Notes: generated from the letters alone by a model not told the origin. Numbered from the stretch's first letter, positions 36,675-47,803 are shown. The stretch: DNA of 64,000 nucleotides from Bacteroidota bacterium (GCA_036158635.1 JAYYFR010000010.1:13138-77137), one strand, 5' to 3'. Numbers and translations are program-made.

Positions 36675-37517
36675 ATGCGATTTTTAATTGAAATTTTAAT
36701 TAAACATCATGTTTTTTTTATTTTTATTTTTTTAGTTTTTTTTTGTCTTTCTCTAATTCTCAAAATTAATCCCTATAACGAAGTAAAACTTTTAAATGGA
36801 GTCAGAAATTTGATTTATACATCATTAGCAACAGAAAATAATTTAGTTGAATATTTCAAATTAAAAAAAATAAATTTGAAACTTAGTGAAGAAAATAATC
36901 AGCTAATTTCAGACAACGAGCAATTAAAATTTGAAAACGCTGAACTTCAAATTTTTAAAAAAAATAAAGATTTAATATTCCAAAAAAATCAAGAAAGATT
37001 CAATTATATTCCAGCAAAAATTGAAAAAAAAAACTGGACTCTAGCTAATAATATTCTTATTCTAAACAAAGGTAGAAAACATGGAGTGCTAAAAAATATG
37101 GGTGTTATTAACACTAAGGGAGTCGTGGGAATAGTAAGTAATACTACAGATCATTTTTGTGAGGTTACAACAATAATAAGTAACCACACTAGATTATTGA
37201 CGTCTATAAAAACAAAAAACGGAATATTAAACGAAGGAATATTAAAATGGAACGGAAAGTCTCATAAGCATGGAAGTTTAGAAGGTGTGGGAAATGAAAT
37301 AGAAGTTTCGTTGGGGGACTCAATATTTACTCATTCAGAATCTAAAAGTTTTTATAGCGGTATTTTCATTGGAACTATATCAAATTTTGAAAAAAAAATA
37401 AGTTCTAACTCTTTTAAAATTGATATTTTATTTGGAGTAGACTTTAAAAATATAAATAACGCCGTAATAATTAAAGATAGATTAAAAAGTGAATTAAATT
37501 TTTATGAAAACAAATAA
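36675..37517 (+). CDS. mreC: Rod shape-determining protein MreC
   Basis: 280-aa ORF. N-terminal TM, coiled coil (ENNQLISDNEQLKFENAELQ) and a beta-rich C-terminus. Positioned between mreB and mreD. Confidence 0.8.
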   Translation: MRFLIEILIKHHVFFIFIFLVFFCLSLILKINPYNEVKLLNGVRNLIYTSLATENNLVEYFKLKKINLKLSEENNQLISDNEQLKFENAELQIFKKNKDLIFQKNQERFNYIPAKIEKKNWTLANNILILNKGRKHGVLKNMGVINTKGVVGIVSNTTDHFCEVTTIISNHTRLLTSIKTKNGILNEGILKWNGKSHKHGSLEGVGNEIEVSLGDSIFTHSESKSFYSGIFIGTISNFEKKISSNSFKIDILFGVDFKNINNAVIIKDRLKSELNFYENK

Positions 37518-38001
37518 TTCGATTTTATTTTGTTTTTTTGGAAATGTAATTTTCCAAATTTTTGTTCTAAACCAGTTTTTATTTAGTAATTGGATAAACC
37601 CACTATACTACGTAATTTTTATATTATTTATCCCCACCAAAAAAAGTCACCTATTTATCATTTTGTCATCTTTTCTAATTGGTTTATTAGTTGATATTGG
37701 AACGGGTACATTAAGCTCAAGTGGTCCAATTCATGCATTAAGTAGTATGATTTTAGGATATTTTAGACCAAAGTATATAAAATTTATTTCCACAAGGGGA
37801 AATAGTATATCAGAATTAAACTTTAATAATTTAAATTTCAGCAGAGTCTTTTTCTATATTATTATTGGAGTTTTTTTTCACCATTTTTTATTATTTATTT
37901 TTTCAGGTTTAAATTTTAAAAATATACTAATCAGTACATTTCTAAGTTCATTTTTTACCTCCACACTTTTAATGTTTTCATATTATACATTCAAGAAATG
38001 A
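37504..38001 (+). CDS. mreD: Rod shape-determining protein MreD
   Basis: 165-aa polytopic membrane ORF between mreC and the PBP2 gene. The call relies mainly on position. Confidence 0.65.
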   Translation: MKTNNSILFCFFGNVIFQIFVLNQFLFSNWINPLYYVIFILFIPTKKSHLFIILSSFLIGLLVDIGTGTLSSSGPIHALSSMILGYFRPKYIKFISTRGNSISELNFNNLNFSRVFFYIIIGVFFHHFLLFIFSGLNFKNILISTFLSSFFTSTLLMFSYYTFKK

Positions 38002-39878
38002 AAGGAAATTTTATACTGGCTAATAGAAGATTTTTTATTTATTTTTTAATTTTCTTTGTTTCTTCAATTTTTATTTCAAAATTATTTTATATACAAATAA
38101 TTCAAAATTCATATTATGAAAACTTAGCAGAAAATAATGCAAAAAGAAGGATTCTTATACCACCAGAAAGAGGATTAGTTTATGATAGAAATAACAAATT
38201 AATTGCAAAAAATGATAGTATAATTGATATTATGATAATTCCTAAAGAATTAAAATTGACTACACTGGAAGACTCAATTAACTTATGTAATTACTTTAAT
38301 ATATCTATATCTCAACTATCAAAAAAAATTGAAAAAGCTAAACAATATTCATATAGTAAAGGATCTATCTTTCTTGAAGAAGTTCCATTTTCAATTCTTG
38401 AAAATTTATTTCAATTTTCTGGTCTTTACGAACAACCTAGAATGGTAAGAAAATATAATACTAAATACGCCGCAAATATTTTAGGTTACATTGGTATAAT
38501 TAATAATGTTAAAATAAGCGATAAATATTATGAAAGTGGAGATAGAATAGGAAAATCTGGAGTTGATAAATCTTACGAAAAGTTTTTAAGAGGAAAGAAG
38601 GGTGTCAAACACATTATCCAGGACGTAACTGGAAAACAAATGCCATTTAAAAATGGAGAACTAGATACTCTTTCCATCCCTGGAAATTCAATAACTCTTA
38701 CCATCGATTTAGAACTACAAGAGTTTGGAGAAAAAATCATGAAAAATTACACTGGCAGTATTGTTGCTATTGAACCTAGTTCTGGGGAAATTCTATGTTT
38801 AGTTACTAGCCCTTCGTATGATCCATCTGACTTCATTGGAAATAAAAGAAATGAAATTTATCCTAGTTTAAGAGACAACCCTAATAAACCTCTTTTTGAT
38901 AGAACTATATTATCTACATATGCCCCTGGATCAACAATAAAAATGTTAACTGCACTAATAGGTTTACAAGAAAATATTATTTCGACTAAAACTAAAATTA
39001 ACTGTAACTTTGGATGGAACTACGGGAAAAGAATGAAAGTCGCCTGCCATGGAACTGATCATCCTCCGATGAATATTACTAATGCTTTAGCAGAATCATG
39101 TAATGCTTATTTTTGCGAAATGTTTTACAGGTTAGTGAAAAGTAAAAAAACAAGCAGTGAAGGGGTTGATATATGGGCTAAATACTTAAAGGAATTCGGC
39201 TTTGGTAATTTTCTTAATAACGATCTACACGCTGGTGTACCAGGAAAAGTTCCAGACGGAAATTACTACAATAAAATTTATGATGGGTTTAGATGGGGTC
39301 CCTCGAATTGTATTTCACTAGGAATAGGGCAAGGTGAATTATTAACAACTCCCATTCAACTAGCAAATTATACAGCAATTCTTGCAAATAGAGGTTATTT
39401 TTTCACCCCCCATATTTTAAAAAATATGAAAGGTGTTAACTCAATTAGTAAAATTTTAGAATTAGAATTAATTAAAAAAAAGTTTAAAGAAAAAAAGAAA
39501 GTCTCAATTTCAAAAAAATATTTTGATTATGTTATAAAAGGAATGGAAAAAGTGATTTACGGAATAAATGGGACTGCAAAAAAAACAAAAATAACTAATA
39601 TTGAAATTTGTGGAAAGACTGGCACTGTTGAAAATTCTAAAAATAGAATTAAACAAATAGACCATTCAGTATTCACCGCTTTTTCCCCTAAAAATAACCC
39701 TGAGATTGCTATTGCAGTATATATAGAAAATGGAGGAGACGGTGGAGATGCAGCAGCGCCAATTGCAAATTTGTGTATTGAGAAATATCTCAATAGGAAT
39801 ATCGATTTATCATTTAAAAATAAACCAGCGTATGATTTAAAATTTAAAAATTATATTAAAAATATTTTTGAGAAATGA
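37998..39878 (+). CDS. mrdA: Penicillin-binding protein 2 (elongasome transpeptidase)
   Basis: 626-aa ORF. N-terminal TM, SxxK as GSTIKM, SxN as ESCN, and KTGT as GKTGTVE. Confidence 0.9.
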   Translation: MKGNFILANRRFFIYFLIFFVSSIFISKLFYIQIIQNSYYENLAENNAKRRILIPPERGLVYDRNNKLIAKNDSIIDIMIIPKELKLTTLEDSINLCNYFNISISQLSKKIEKAKQYSYSKGSIFLEEVPFSILENLFQFSGLYEQPRMVRKYNTKYAANILGYIGIINNVKISDKYYESGDRIGKSGVDKSYEKFLRGKKGVKHIIQDVTGKQMPFKNGELDTLSIPGNSITLTIDLELQEFGEKIMKNYTGSIVAIEPSSGEILCLVTSPSYDPSDFIGNKRNEIYPSLRDNPNKPLFDRTILSTYAPGSTIKMLTALIGLQENIISTKTKINCNFGWNYGKRMKVACHGTDHPPMNITNALAESCNAYFCEMFYRLVKSKKTSSEGVDIWAKYLKEFGFGNFLNNDLHAGVPGKVPDGNYYNKIYDGFRWGPSNCISLGIGQGELLTTPIQLANYTAILANRGYFFTPHILKNMKGVNSISKILELELIKKKFKEKKKVSISKKYFDYVIKGMEKVIYGINGTAKKTKITNIEICGKTGTVENSKNRIKQIDHSVFTAFSPKNNPEIAIAVYIENGGDGGDAAAPIANLCIEKYLNRNIDLSFKNKPAYDLKFKNYIKNIFEK

Positions 39879-41116
39879 ATAGAAACCCTGACTATAAATT
39901 TATTGACTTTAAAATATTTTTTTCTTATATAGGATTAGTCTTGTTAGGCCTTTATGCTATATTCGTGGTAGAGTATGATCCTAGCGTCCCTTTTTCTTTA
40001 TACTCTGAATTTGGAAAACAAATAATATTTCATCTTATATCTCTTTTGATTGGCATATTTATTTTATTATTAGACGGTAAATTTTTAATGAGGTTATCGT
40101 ACTTAATTTATTTTTTTTCCATTTTACTTTTAATTAGTGTTTTAATTTTTGGAGAAACTAAACATGGAGCAAAATCTTGGTTTGATTTTGGGTCTTTTGG
40201 ATTTCAACCAGCAGAATTTGCTAAATTTGGTACTGTCCTTGCTTTAAGTAAATTTTTATCAAAATTTGATGTAGTATTATCTAATAGAAGAGACTTAGTA
40301 AAAGCGTCACTTATAATTTTTTTCCCTGTGTTTTTAATTTTTTTACAGCCAGATTTAGGCTCGTGTTTAGTATTCACTTTTTTAATAATTCCTCTTTTTA
40401 GAGAGGGGTTAAACAAATTTATTCCAATTATAATTTTTACTTTAGCATTATTATTTATTCTTACAGTTTTATTATCACTTAAATACGTAATAATAGCTAT
40501 TTTCATAACTTCTTTGTTATTTTTCTTTTTTAAAAAAAGTTCATTAAAGTATACTTTAACTTTTTTTTTAATTTGCTCTTTGTGTTCTTTTTTCTTTCAA
40601 TACTCTTTTGAAAACTTACTTAAACCCCACCAACAAACACGGATTAATGTTCTTTTAGGGAAAAATATAAGTAAATCTGAAAGATATAATTTAGATCAAT
40701 CTTTAATTGGAATTGGATCGGGTGGTTTTTTTGGTAAAGGTTTTTTACAAGGAACTCAAACAAAAGGAGACTACATTCCAGAACAAAGTACTGATTTTAT
40801 TTTTTGCGCAGTAGGGGAAGAAATTGGATTTTTTGGTTCATTAATTTCTATATTATTATTTGTTTTTTTTATGATTCGAATAATAATAATCAGCGAGAGA
40901 CAAAGATCAAAATTTTCTAGAATTTTTGGATATAGTTTTTTAGGAATATTCTTTAGCCACTTTTCTATCAATATAGGTATGATTCTTGGTTTATTTCCCG
41001 TAGTAGGTATACCTCTACCGTTTGTAAGTTACGGAGGAACTGCTTTAGTAAGTATGACTATTTTTCTTTTCTTTTTCTTGAAATTAGATTCTTACAGAAT
41101 GGAAATATTAAAATGA
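39875..41116 (+). CDS. rodA: Rod shape-determining protein RodA (SEDS family)
   Basis: 413-aa polytopic ORF with an FtsW/RodA-like C-terminal region (PEQSTDFIF, GIPLPFVSYGGTALV). Directly follows mrdA. Confidence 0.88.
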   Translation: MNRNPDYKFIDFKIFFSYIGLVLLGLYAIFVVEYDPSVPFSLYSEFGKQIIFHLISLLIGIFILLLDGKFLMRLSYLIYFFSILLLISVLIFGETKHGAKSWFDFGSFGFQPAEFAKFGTVLALSKFLSKFDVVLSNRRDLVKASLIIFFPVFLIFLQPDLGSCLVFTFLIIPLFREGLNKFIPIIIFTLALLFILTVLLSLKYVIIAIFITSLLFFFFKKSSLKYTLTFFLICSLCSFFFQYSFENLLKPHQQTRINVLLGKNISKSERYNLDQSLIGIGSGGFFGKGFLQGTQTKGDYIPEQSTDFIFCAVGEEIGFFGSLISILLFVFFMIRIIIISERQRSKFSRIFGYSFLGIFFSHFSINIGMILGLFPVVGIPLPFVSYGGTALVSMTIFLFFFLKLDSYRMEILK

Positions 41117-43114
41117 CATGTGTAACATTTCAATTTGATCCTCATTCTTTGATTGATTTATCACATTTAATTTGAATTCTGATTTCGCGGAGTTAATTAG
41201 CTGTTGCTTATTTCCCAATACTGCATCATCTGAAAATTCTGATGTAATGATATCACCTTTCAAGAAAATGAAAACTCCTCTATTTCCAACATAAGGTTGA
41301 GATAATATATCTTTTTTCGTACTAAAAAAGAAACCTGTTGCACCAGGATCATTTCCACCGTCAGAAAAATTAGAAGCATTAAATGAAAAATTGGAAGCAT
41401 TACTAACTGTTTTATTGAGATTTTTAGCTAATAGATTAATATCTTCTGACCAATTTTTACTTATTCTTTCTTTAATAAGTTCAGATTTTTTTAAATCAAT
41501 AATTTTCTTTTTAATCTCAAATTTAACTGATTGAAAATCTTTATACTTTCCATCTTTAATTTCTTTTACAAAAATCACAACATCATCATATATATTTGAG
41601 GTAAATCTTTTTACTTGACCTAATTCTCTCTCTTCAAAATCTACTGAAGTAAATGGTAAAGCAGTATTTATATTATTAGGAATTCCATAAATCCATCTTA
41701 TAATTTCTCTGGAGTTTCCTTTGATACCTGTTATTTCCGTATCTAAGTCTGAAATAGAAATGTTTTTTTTAATAATTACGTTTTTGAGTTTTTTTGCGCT
41801 ATTTTCTAATTCTTCAGATGTTTTGTTAGAAAATGCAAAATCTTTAGCTTTTCTAAAGTTTTTTTCAGTTGTATTTTCATCAAGATAAATATCTTTATTC
41901 AAAAATACAACATCCACTGAGTCCTTATATTGATTTATTATTATTCCTATTTTAACAATATCATCTTCAACCATTGGGCCAAAAAATGAGTTTCCTAGTT
42001 CATTATTTAAGTTGTTATTATATTGGTTGATATCCGTAAAAGATTTTTTTTCTAATTCAACAGAGCTCTTAATAACTGATTTTTCCCTAACATATTCTAA
42101 TAATGCTTTACTTGAGTTGGTTGTATCAGAAATTAAAGCTTGGAAATTTTTTAGATTATTTTTTACCTGAGCTATAATTTGATTTTTTGCCTTAGCTACA
42201 TCATCAATACTTGGTTTGGATTCAAAATAATAATAATCAATTATTCTTGTTTTATTATCATTTAAATAATCTTCTAAATTAGAGTTGTAGTAATTCATTA
42301 ACTCATCATCTGTAATCTCAATTTCTGTATCTTTAATTTCTCTAAAAGGAATAAAAATATATTTTCCGTTTAACCTTTTTTGTGAATCTTTATATTCTTT
42401 TTCTAAATATAATTTAGGAGCAAAAGTTCCTAGATCGTAAAGTGATATAAACCTATTTATTTCATTATTTGATATTTGAAAAGGTTTGAACATAAAATTA
42501 TAGTTAAGATAATTAGCCTGATTTTGATTTACTTTACTATTTTCCATCCAAACTGCTATACTATCCTCTAATATTTTTCCGTCAATATTAGTATCAACTT
42601 CTCCCTCATCATTTGTTCTTAATGCCCTCCACCATGAATTGAAAAAAGGAGCTGCATTATCTATACCAGTGATTGTTCCCTTGACTAAATCTATTTTTTC
42701 TACTTCAGAATACCTATATTCTAAAGTTTTCATCTCATTTTTGATAAATGATCTCTGAGAAAAATGATCCCATATATTATTTAAATTTCTTTTGTTTGAG
42801 TTAACAGCGTTTTGAGATTGCTGAATAAATTCTAAATAAGTTAGATGAGCTTGTAAAGCAATATCTTCAGGGTTTGAAACAAAATAACTACCCCCCCTTG
42901 AATTAGGTCTTTCATAAGAATTATATAGTTGATAACCATGTGAAGAGCCTAAAGAGTTTATTTCTAATTCATTGTTATTACCAGAAAAAATCATTCCAAA
43001 GGTTTTAAAAGCGTCAAATTGAGGATCAACAAATAAGTACATACCAACTCCAATGATAAAAAAAGTAATTCCTTTTAAAATTTTATTTGTTCTTAAAGTA
43101 TTTAATACTGCCAT
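41108..43114 (-). CDS. PpiD/SurA-like periplasmic chaperone, N-terminally membrane-anchored
   Basis: 668-aa ORF with an N-terminal TM (ITFFIIGVGMYLF). Size and position downstream of the CNNM gene match Bacteroidota PpiD-like genes. I could not see a clear parvulin signature by eye. Confidence 0.5.
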   Translation of the reverse strand: MAVLNTLRTNKILKGITFFIIGVGMYLFVDPQFDAFKTFGMIFSGNNNELEINSLGSSHGYQLYNSYERPNSRGGSYFVSNPEDIALQAHLTYLEFIQQSQNAVNSNKRNLNNIWDHFSQRSFIKNEMKTLEYRYSEVEKIDLVKGTITGIDNAAPFFNSWWRALRTNDEGEVDTNIDGKILEDSIAVWMENSKVNQNQANYLNYNFMFKPFQISNNEINRFISLYDLGTFAPKLYLEKEYKDSQKRLNGKYIFIPFREIKDTEIEITDDELMNYYNSNLEDYLNDNKTRIIDYYYFESKPSIDDVAKAKNQIIAQVKNNLKNFQALISDTTNSSKALLEYVREKSVIKSSVELEKKSFTDINQYNNNLNNELGNSFFGPMVEDDIVKIGIIINQYKDSVDVVFLNKDIYLDENTTEKNFRKAKDFAFSNKTSEELENSAKKLKNVIIKKNISISDLDTEITGIKGNSREIIRWIYGIPNNINTALPFTSVDFEERELGQVKRFTSNIYDDVVIFVKEIKDGKYKDFQSVKFEIKKKIIDLKKSELIKERISKNWSEDINLLAKNLNKTVSNASNFSFNASNFSDGGNDPGATGFFFSTKKDILSQPYVGNRGVFIFLKGDIITSEFSDDAVLGNKQQLINSAKSEFKLNVINQSKNEDQIEMLHMSF

Positions 43115-43149
43115 CTTAAAAATATTTTTTGGGGATACGAATATACAAT

Positions 43150-44394
43150 TTATTTACTATTTAAAACAAGTATTACTTCCTCTATAAGGTTATCTGATAC
43201 TTTAGAGACTAAAAAAATATGATTTTTAATATTTATTTTCTCATTTTTTTCTGGCAAATTACTTAGTGATGATAGAATTAAGCCACCTAAAGTTTCATAC
43301 TCTGCTGAGTCAGGTAGAGAAAGGTTATATTTTTCATTTAAATAACTTACTTTAACTTTTCCACTGAACTTAATTTTATCAGTTGAAACTTTTACTTCTA
43401 CTTCCTCAGTGACATCGTGTTCATCCTGAATTTCACCAAATAATTCTTCTACTATATCTTCTAAACAAATAATACCTGACGTTCCCCCATATTCATCTAA
43501 AACAATAGCAATACTCCTTCTATCTTTTAATAGTTGATCTAAAACTTTTTTTACCAACATACTTTCTGGTACAAAAGAGATTGGCAATAACATATCACGA
43601 ATTTTTTTTGGATTTTTGAATAATTCAAAAGAGTGTACATAACCTAATACAAAATCAATACTTTCTTTGTATATAATGATTTTTGAATGACCTGACTTTA
43701 TAAAACTTTTTTGCAAATTTTCTATACTGTCATTTAAATCCATGCTTATTACTTCTGTTCTAGGAATCATACAATCTCTTACTCTAATTTTTGAAAAATC
43801 AAGTGCATTTTTTAAAATTTCCACCTCTGGATTTATGTTTTCTTGATTTTCCGTGTAATGTTGTTCTAAATAATTATCTAAGTCTATTCTATTAAAATCT
43901 ATTTTTCTTTCTAATATTTTTACCCCAAATGTTTTAATTATTAAACTTGAAATAAAAGACATAACATAAACTATAGGGGTAAGTATTTTGTACATTAAAG
44001 AAGCTGGTATTGCAAAAACTTTTAACATTTTATTTGAGAGTGTAGAAAAGATGGCTTTTGGTATAAACTCTGCAATAATTAAAACTAAAATAGATGCCAA
44101 TAAAATTTCTAGAATTCCAATTAAAAATTGATTTTTAATAAAATTTGAAAGCGATACATTTAAAACCTTTGCCATAAATAATCCATATACTACCAAAGCA
44201 ATATTATTTCCAATTAACATTGTTGTTATAAAATGAGACTGATTATTTAAAAAATTGAAAATTATTTTTTCAGATTTTGTTCCACTTTCCTTATCTAAAG
44301 CAATTTTTAATTTATTTGAAGAAAAAAACGCTATTTCCATTCCTGAAAAGAAAGCCGAAAAAATTAATGAAATGATAATTATAGTTGCATCCAT
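43150..44394 (-). CDS. CNNM/HlyC-CorC family protein (DUF21 + CBS pair + CorC domain)
   Basis: 414-aa ORF. N-terminal DUF21-type TM region, a CBS pair (VRDCMIPRTEV...; SIAIVLDEYGGTSGIICLEDIVEELFGEI) and a CorC-like C-terminus. Confidence 0.8.
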   Translation of the reverse strand: MDATIIIISLIFSAFFSGMEIAFFSSNKLKIALDKESGTKSEKIIFNFLNNQSHFITTMLIGNNIALVVYGLFMAKVLNVSLSNFIKNQFLIGILEILLASILVLIIAEFIPKAIFSTLSNKMLKVFAIPASLMYKILTPIVYVMSFISSLIIKTFGVKILERKIDFNRIDLDNYLEQHYTENQENINPEVEILKNALDFSKIRVRDCMIPRTEVISMDLNDSIENLQKSFIKSGHSKIIIYKESIDFVLGYVHSFELFKNPKKIRDMLLPISFVPESMLVKKVLDQLLKDRRSIAIVLDEYGGTSGIICLEDIVEELFGEIQDEHDVTEEVEVKVSTDKIKFSGKVKVSYLNEKYNLSLPDSAEYETLGGLILSSLSNLPEKNEKINIKNHIFLVSKVSDNLIEEVILVLNSK

Positions 44395-44403
44395 AAAATA
44401 TAA

Positions 44404-45024
44404 CTATTCTTGATCAATTTGTATAATACCATCAATATTAAAGATCTTATAATTTTTAAAATTATCATCGGAGTAAAAACCACAACCATTAATTACTTTA
44501 TCAGATGTTTTAATTAAAACAGTATCCAAAGATAAAATATTGTTAGTTTCTATATTCCAAAATAACTGATTTGTTTTAAGAAGATCTCCGTTATAATTTT
44601 TTAATTGTACATTATTTGTTAATTCAATAATATCTTTACTAACGTAATGAATTAGTTTTTGTGAAGATACTTCAAATACCGAATCTCCTAAATTATTGTA
44701 ATTTATTACTAAAACAGAGTCATCGAAAAAAGAAATGTCATACACGGAATCTTCTAATATAAACTGGGGTTCTAATTTATACAAAATTGTGTCCATAAAA
44801 CACGAGTTATTATAATCTTTATTTAAATAAGCATAATCTTTGTAAGATTCCATGTTTTTAGTTTGAAGGAAAAACCTTTTACTACCATTTGAAAAATAAT
44901 TCATTTCTAGATTTGAAGCTTTTTCATGACTAGATAACTCATTGTTTAAAAAATCATAATTAATTTCTTTATTTGAGCATGCAGAAATCAAGAAATAAAA
45001 AATAAAAAATAAATATTTTTTCAA
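44404..45024 (-). CDS. Lipoprotein, possibly LptC-like
   Basis: 206-aa ORF with the lipobox LISAC. The LptC suggestion comes only from size and the conserved coaX...lptC-CNNM-ppiD context in Bacteroidota. Confidence 0.4.
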   Translation of the reverse strand: MKKYLFFIFYFLISACSNKEINYDFLNNELSSHEKASNLEMNYFSNGSKRFFLQTKNMESYKDYAYLNKDYNNSCFMDTILYKLEPQFILEDSVYDISFFDDSVLVINYNNLGDSVFEVSSQKLIHYVSKDIIELTNNVQLKNYNGDLLKTNQLFWNIETNNILSLDTVLIKTSDKVINGCGFYSDDNFKNYKIFNIDGIIQIDQE

Positions 45025-46496
45025 AATCTTACTCTTACATTTTCAGAGTACCAACAATTAATCTTATAAGTTTTTGCGTCAGGATTACTTACATTATCTC
45101 TCCACATACTTTTGGTAGGTACTCTTTTTGAATAATCTGAAATTAATTTATTGGCTTCTTTTTCACAAGATTTGTCTATTTTTTTGGCTAATTGAAATTT
45201 ATCAATGGCAGCCCAATAACCAGCTTTTTTTGATGCGGGATCATTTCCACACTTAGAAGCTGTTTGAGCATATAATTTTCCAATAAGAATATAGGGATCT
45301 CCCCAATTTTTTCTGTAATTAGTAGCTTTAAGAGCATATGATCTTGCTGTCGAATTACTACCAACTAAAGCAGAGGCTGCTGCTGAATAAAATGCATACT
45401 TAGATTTATTAATATTATTAAGCTCTTCATTTTCATAAGCTTCAACAAAATAATTAATTGCATCTTTGTATTCTTTTTTTGCATATTGTCTTTTTCCCAT
45501 TTTAAATGCAGATTCGGGTGTTGGATTCATTTCATGTAATAAAGTAACAACTTTGAGATAAAAGTCACTATCCATACAATCTTTCTTAATAAATATTTCT
45601 GCTGTTCTATTTAACCACTTTAGATCTTTTATTGAGTCCCCACTACTTATAAAATCAGTATAAAATTTATCATACTTTTCATTTTTTTTATTCCACTCTT
45701 GTTTAATTGTGAATCTGTTAAAACCTTCATATAATGCAACAAGTTGATCGCAACTTGTAATAATTTTTTCAAAATTTTTATTTACACTTTTTTTTGCCTT
45801 TTCAATTCTCTCTAATTCAGCTTTTAATTTAGATATTTCTTTTTTTTCTTTAGCTGTTAATAATTTTGTGCTATCAGAATTCAAATTAAAAATTTCTTGA
45901 GAGATACTGGCTTCACGGTATTCTACAACCTCAGAAACATCAGAAAATAAAGTCATTAAATCTTGTTTATCAATTTCTTTTTGTTGAAAAAGTTTTAAAG
46001 AGACATTAAAAAAATAATTTATTGTAGTTGCAGTACTATTTAAACCATCTGTCTCGAAAGAATTTTGTAAAACTAAACGACAGGCTTTCAATTCTTCAAT
46101 TGTACTAGATTTATATTTATACATATCTTTTCCTTTGAGGGCTAAAACATATCCTTCTTTTCCTGGATAATATTTTAATCTTAAATCATATATATTTAAC
46201 AAATCTTGAATTAAATTATCTTTTTCTGCATCATCTTCACTTTTTTCAATTAAGCCTTTTAAAATTTTTGGCCCATGTAAGTATAAATTTTTTGTTCTTT
46301 GCGGCGAGTTTTCTACTAACCATTTCCAAGGTTCATAGGCATCTGAAAAACTTTTCTGTTTATAATACTCAGTGTAATTGCTTAAGAAATTGTTAGTTTT
46401 AACAGTATCACATCCATATACTAAATCTAAACACTGTGAATTTGTTTGTATTATGTTGAAAATAAAAAATATTAAAATAAAGTTTACTTGTTTCAT
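45021..46496 (-). CDS. Secreted helical-repeat (TPR-like) protein, function unknown
   Basis: 491-aa ORF. Signal peptide, helix-rich sequence with TPR-like stretches (KKEYKDAINYFVEAYE). Confidence 0.6.
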   Translation of the reverse strand: MKQVNFILIFFIFNIIQTNSQCLDLVYGCDTVKTNNFLSNYTEYYKQKSFSDAYEPWKWLVENSPQRTKNLYLHGPKILKGLIEKSEDDAEKDNLIQDLLNIYDLRLKYYPGKEGYVLALKGKDMYKYKSSTIEELKACRLVLQNSFETDGLNSTATTINYFFNVSLKLFQQKEIDKQDLMTLFSDVSEVVEYREASISQEIFNLNSDSTKLLTAKEKKEISKLKAELERIEKAKKSVNKNFEKIITSCDQLVALYEGFNRFTIKQEWNKKNEKYDKFYTDFISSGDSIKDLKWLNRTAEIFIKKDCMDSDFYLKVVTLLHEMNPTPESAFKMGKRQYAKKEYKDAINYFVEAYENEELNNINKSKYAFYSAAASALVGSNSTARSYALKATNYRKNWGDPYILIGKLYAQTASKCGNDPASKKAGYWAAIDKFQLAKKIDKSCEKEANKLISDYSKRVPTKSMWRDNVSNPDAKTYKINCWYSENVRVRF

Positions 46497-46498
46497 TA

Positions 46499-47803
46499 TT
46501 ATTGAATTTTACGTTTATTAAACCATTTATCATTGAAAGTCATTGAAAATATAAAATTTATATATCTTTCACTAATTAACATTCCTTGACTTGACCCCCT
46601 ACTCCCTATTTGACAACTTAAATTTAACTGACTCATATTTTTTGGGATTGGTAAACCTATTCCAAAACTTAATTTAAAATCCTTCAGTAAACCCGCTTTA
46701 TTCAATTCAAAAGAATCTAAATTCAAATAGCCAGATGAGTATGAAAAACCTAATCTGTACTGAACCCTATTCCAATAATTGTGAATATCATCTATTTTTG
46801 GAATATAATAACCTCCAACTATAAACTCACTTAAGTCCTCAATATAATTTGATGAAGTGTTAAACTGTTTATAACTAGACCAATTTGAATAATTATAATC
46901 GAATCCAACTAACCAATTATCATTATTATAAAAATTTATTCCTGCGCTTAAAAAAGTTGGTAATTCCAGAAAACCACTTTGTTCGATAAAATTATTAATT
47001 GTATCTCCAAAATATTCATATTGTCCCGATAACGTGTAAGTGTGGGAATATAAATTTTCAGTAGAATTTAACTTACTTTTAGGGGTGTAAATAAATCCTA
47101 TTGATAGGTTAGTACTGGAAATTTGCTTGTCTAAAATGAGGCCATAACTTAACTGAAAATCTCTAACTTTTGCAGATCGATTTTCTCTGTAATTATTAAA
47201 TCCCACTGAATCAATTTCAATAGAGTTAAATCTTGAAATTGTGCCAAAATAATAATTGAGATTAACACCAGCAGAAATAATAAAACTTTCATTTAACTGT
47301 AGTTTGTGTGCAGAGCCAAATATTATCTTGTTTAACCCACCATTTCCTGAAAAATTGTACGTAATCTGTGTAAAGTCTAAATCATTAAATTGTTGATCTT
47401 GATTGTCATTATATTCAACATTATAACCAATAACGCTGTAAGGCCTGAAGCCAAGCGAAACAGACGAGCTATTAGAGACAGGAAAACCTAAGCCAAAACC
47501 AACTATATTACCTAGTAAATCTGATTTTTTTAAATCTTCTTGAAGCATTGTATAGTTGCTTATTTGAAAACCTAATTCAGCAGATGTTAGTTTTAAAAAA
47601 GAATAACTTGCTGGATTCTGAAAATTTAAATGATAATTATCATTTAAAGCGTTGGAAATACCACTCATACCTATGTTTTGAGATAAACCTGTTTGACTTA
47701 TATTTCCAAGACCATAAAATGAATAAGGTGAGTTTGTGTTTACTTGAGAGTTTGCCAAACAAGTAATGAGTATAAAAACTATATATAAACTATTATTTAA
47801 CAT
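46499..47803 (-). CDS. Outer-membrane beta-barrel (porin-like) protein
   Basis: 434-aa ORF. Signal peptide, the N-terminal motif NSPYSFYGLGN common in Bacteroidota barrel proteins, and alternating beta-strand patterns. Confidence 0.6.
   Translation of the reverse strand: MLNNSLYIVFILITCLANSQVNTNSPYSFYGLGNISQTGLSQNIGMSGISNALNDNYHLNFQNPASYSFLKLTSAELGFQISNYTMLQEDLKKSDLLGNIVGFGLGFPVSNSSSVSLGFRPYSVIGYNVEYNDNQDQQFNDLDFTQITYNFSGNGGLNKIIFGSAHKLQLNESFIISAGVNLNYYFGTISRFNSIEIDSVGFNNYRENRSAKVRDFQLSYGLILDKQISSTNLSIGFIYTPKSKLNSTENLYSHTYTLSGQYEYFGDTINNFIEQSGFLELPTFLSAGINFYNNDNWLVGFDYNYSNWSSYKQFNTSSNYIEDLSEFIVGGYYIPKIDDIHNYWNRVQYRLGFSYSSGYLNLDSFELNKAGLLKDFKLSFGIGLPIPKNMSQLNLSCQIGSRGSSQGMLISERYINFIFSMTFNDKWFNKRKIQ

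Noticed and set aside
43150-44394. Calling the DUF21-CBS-CorC protein the gliding-motility protein GldE
   Set aside because: GldE belongs to this family, but here the gene lies in the coaX...LptC-like-CNNM-PpiD-like context rather than next to gldD. Only the family-level call is justified.
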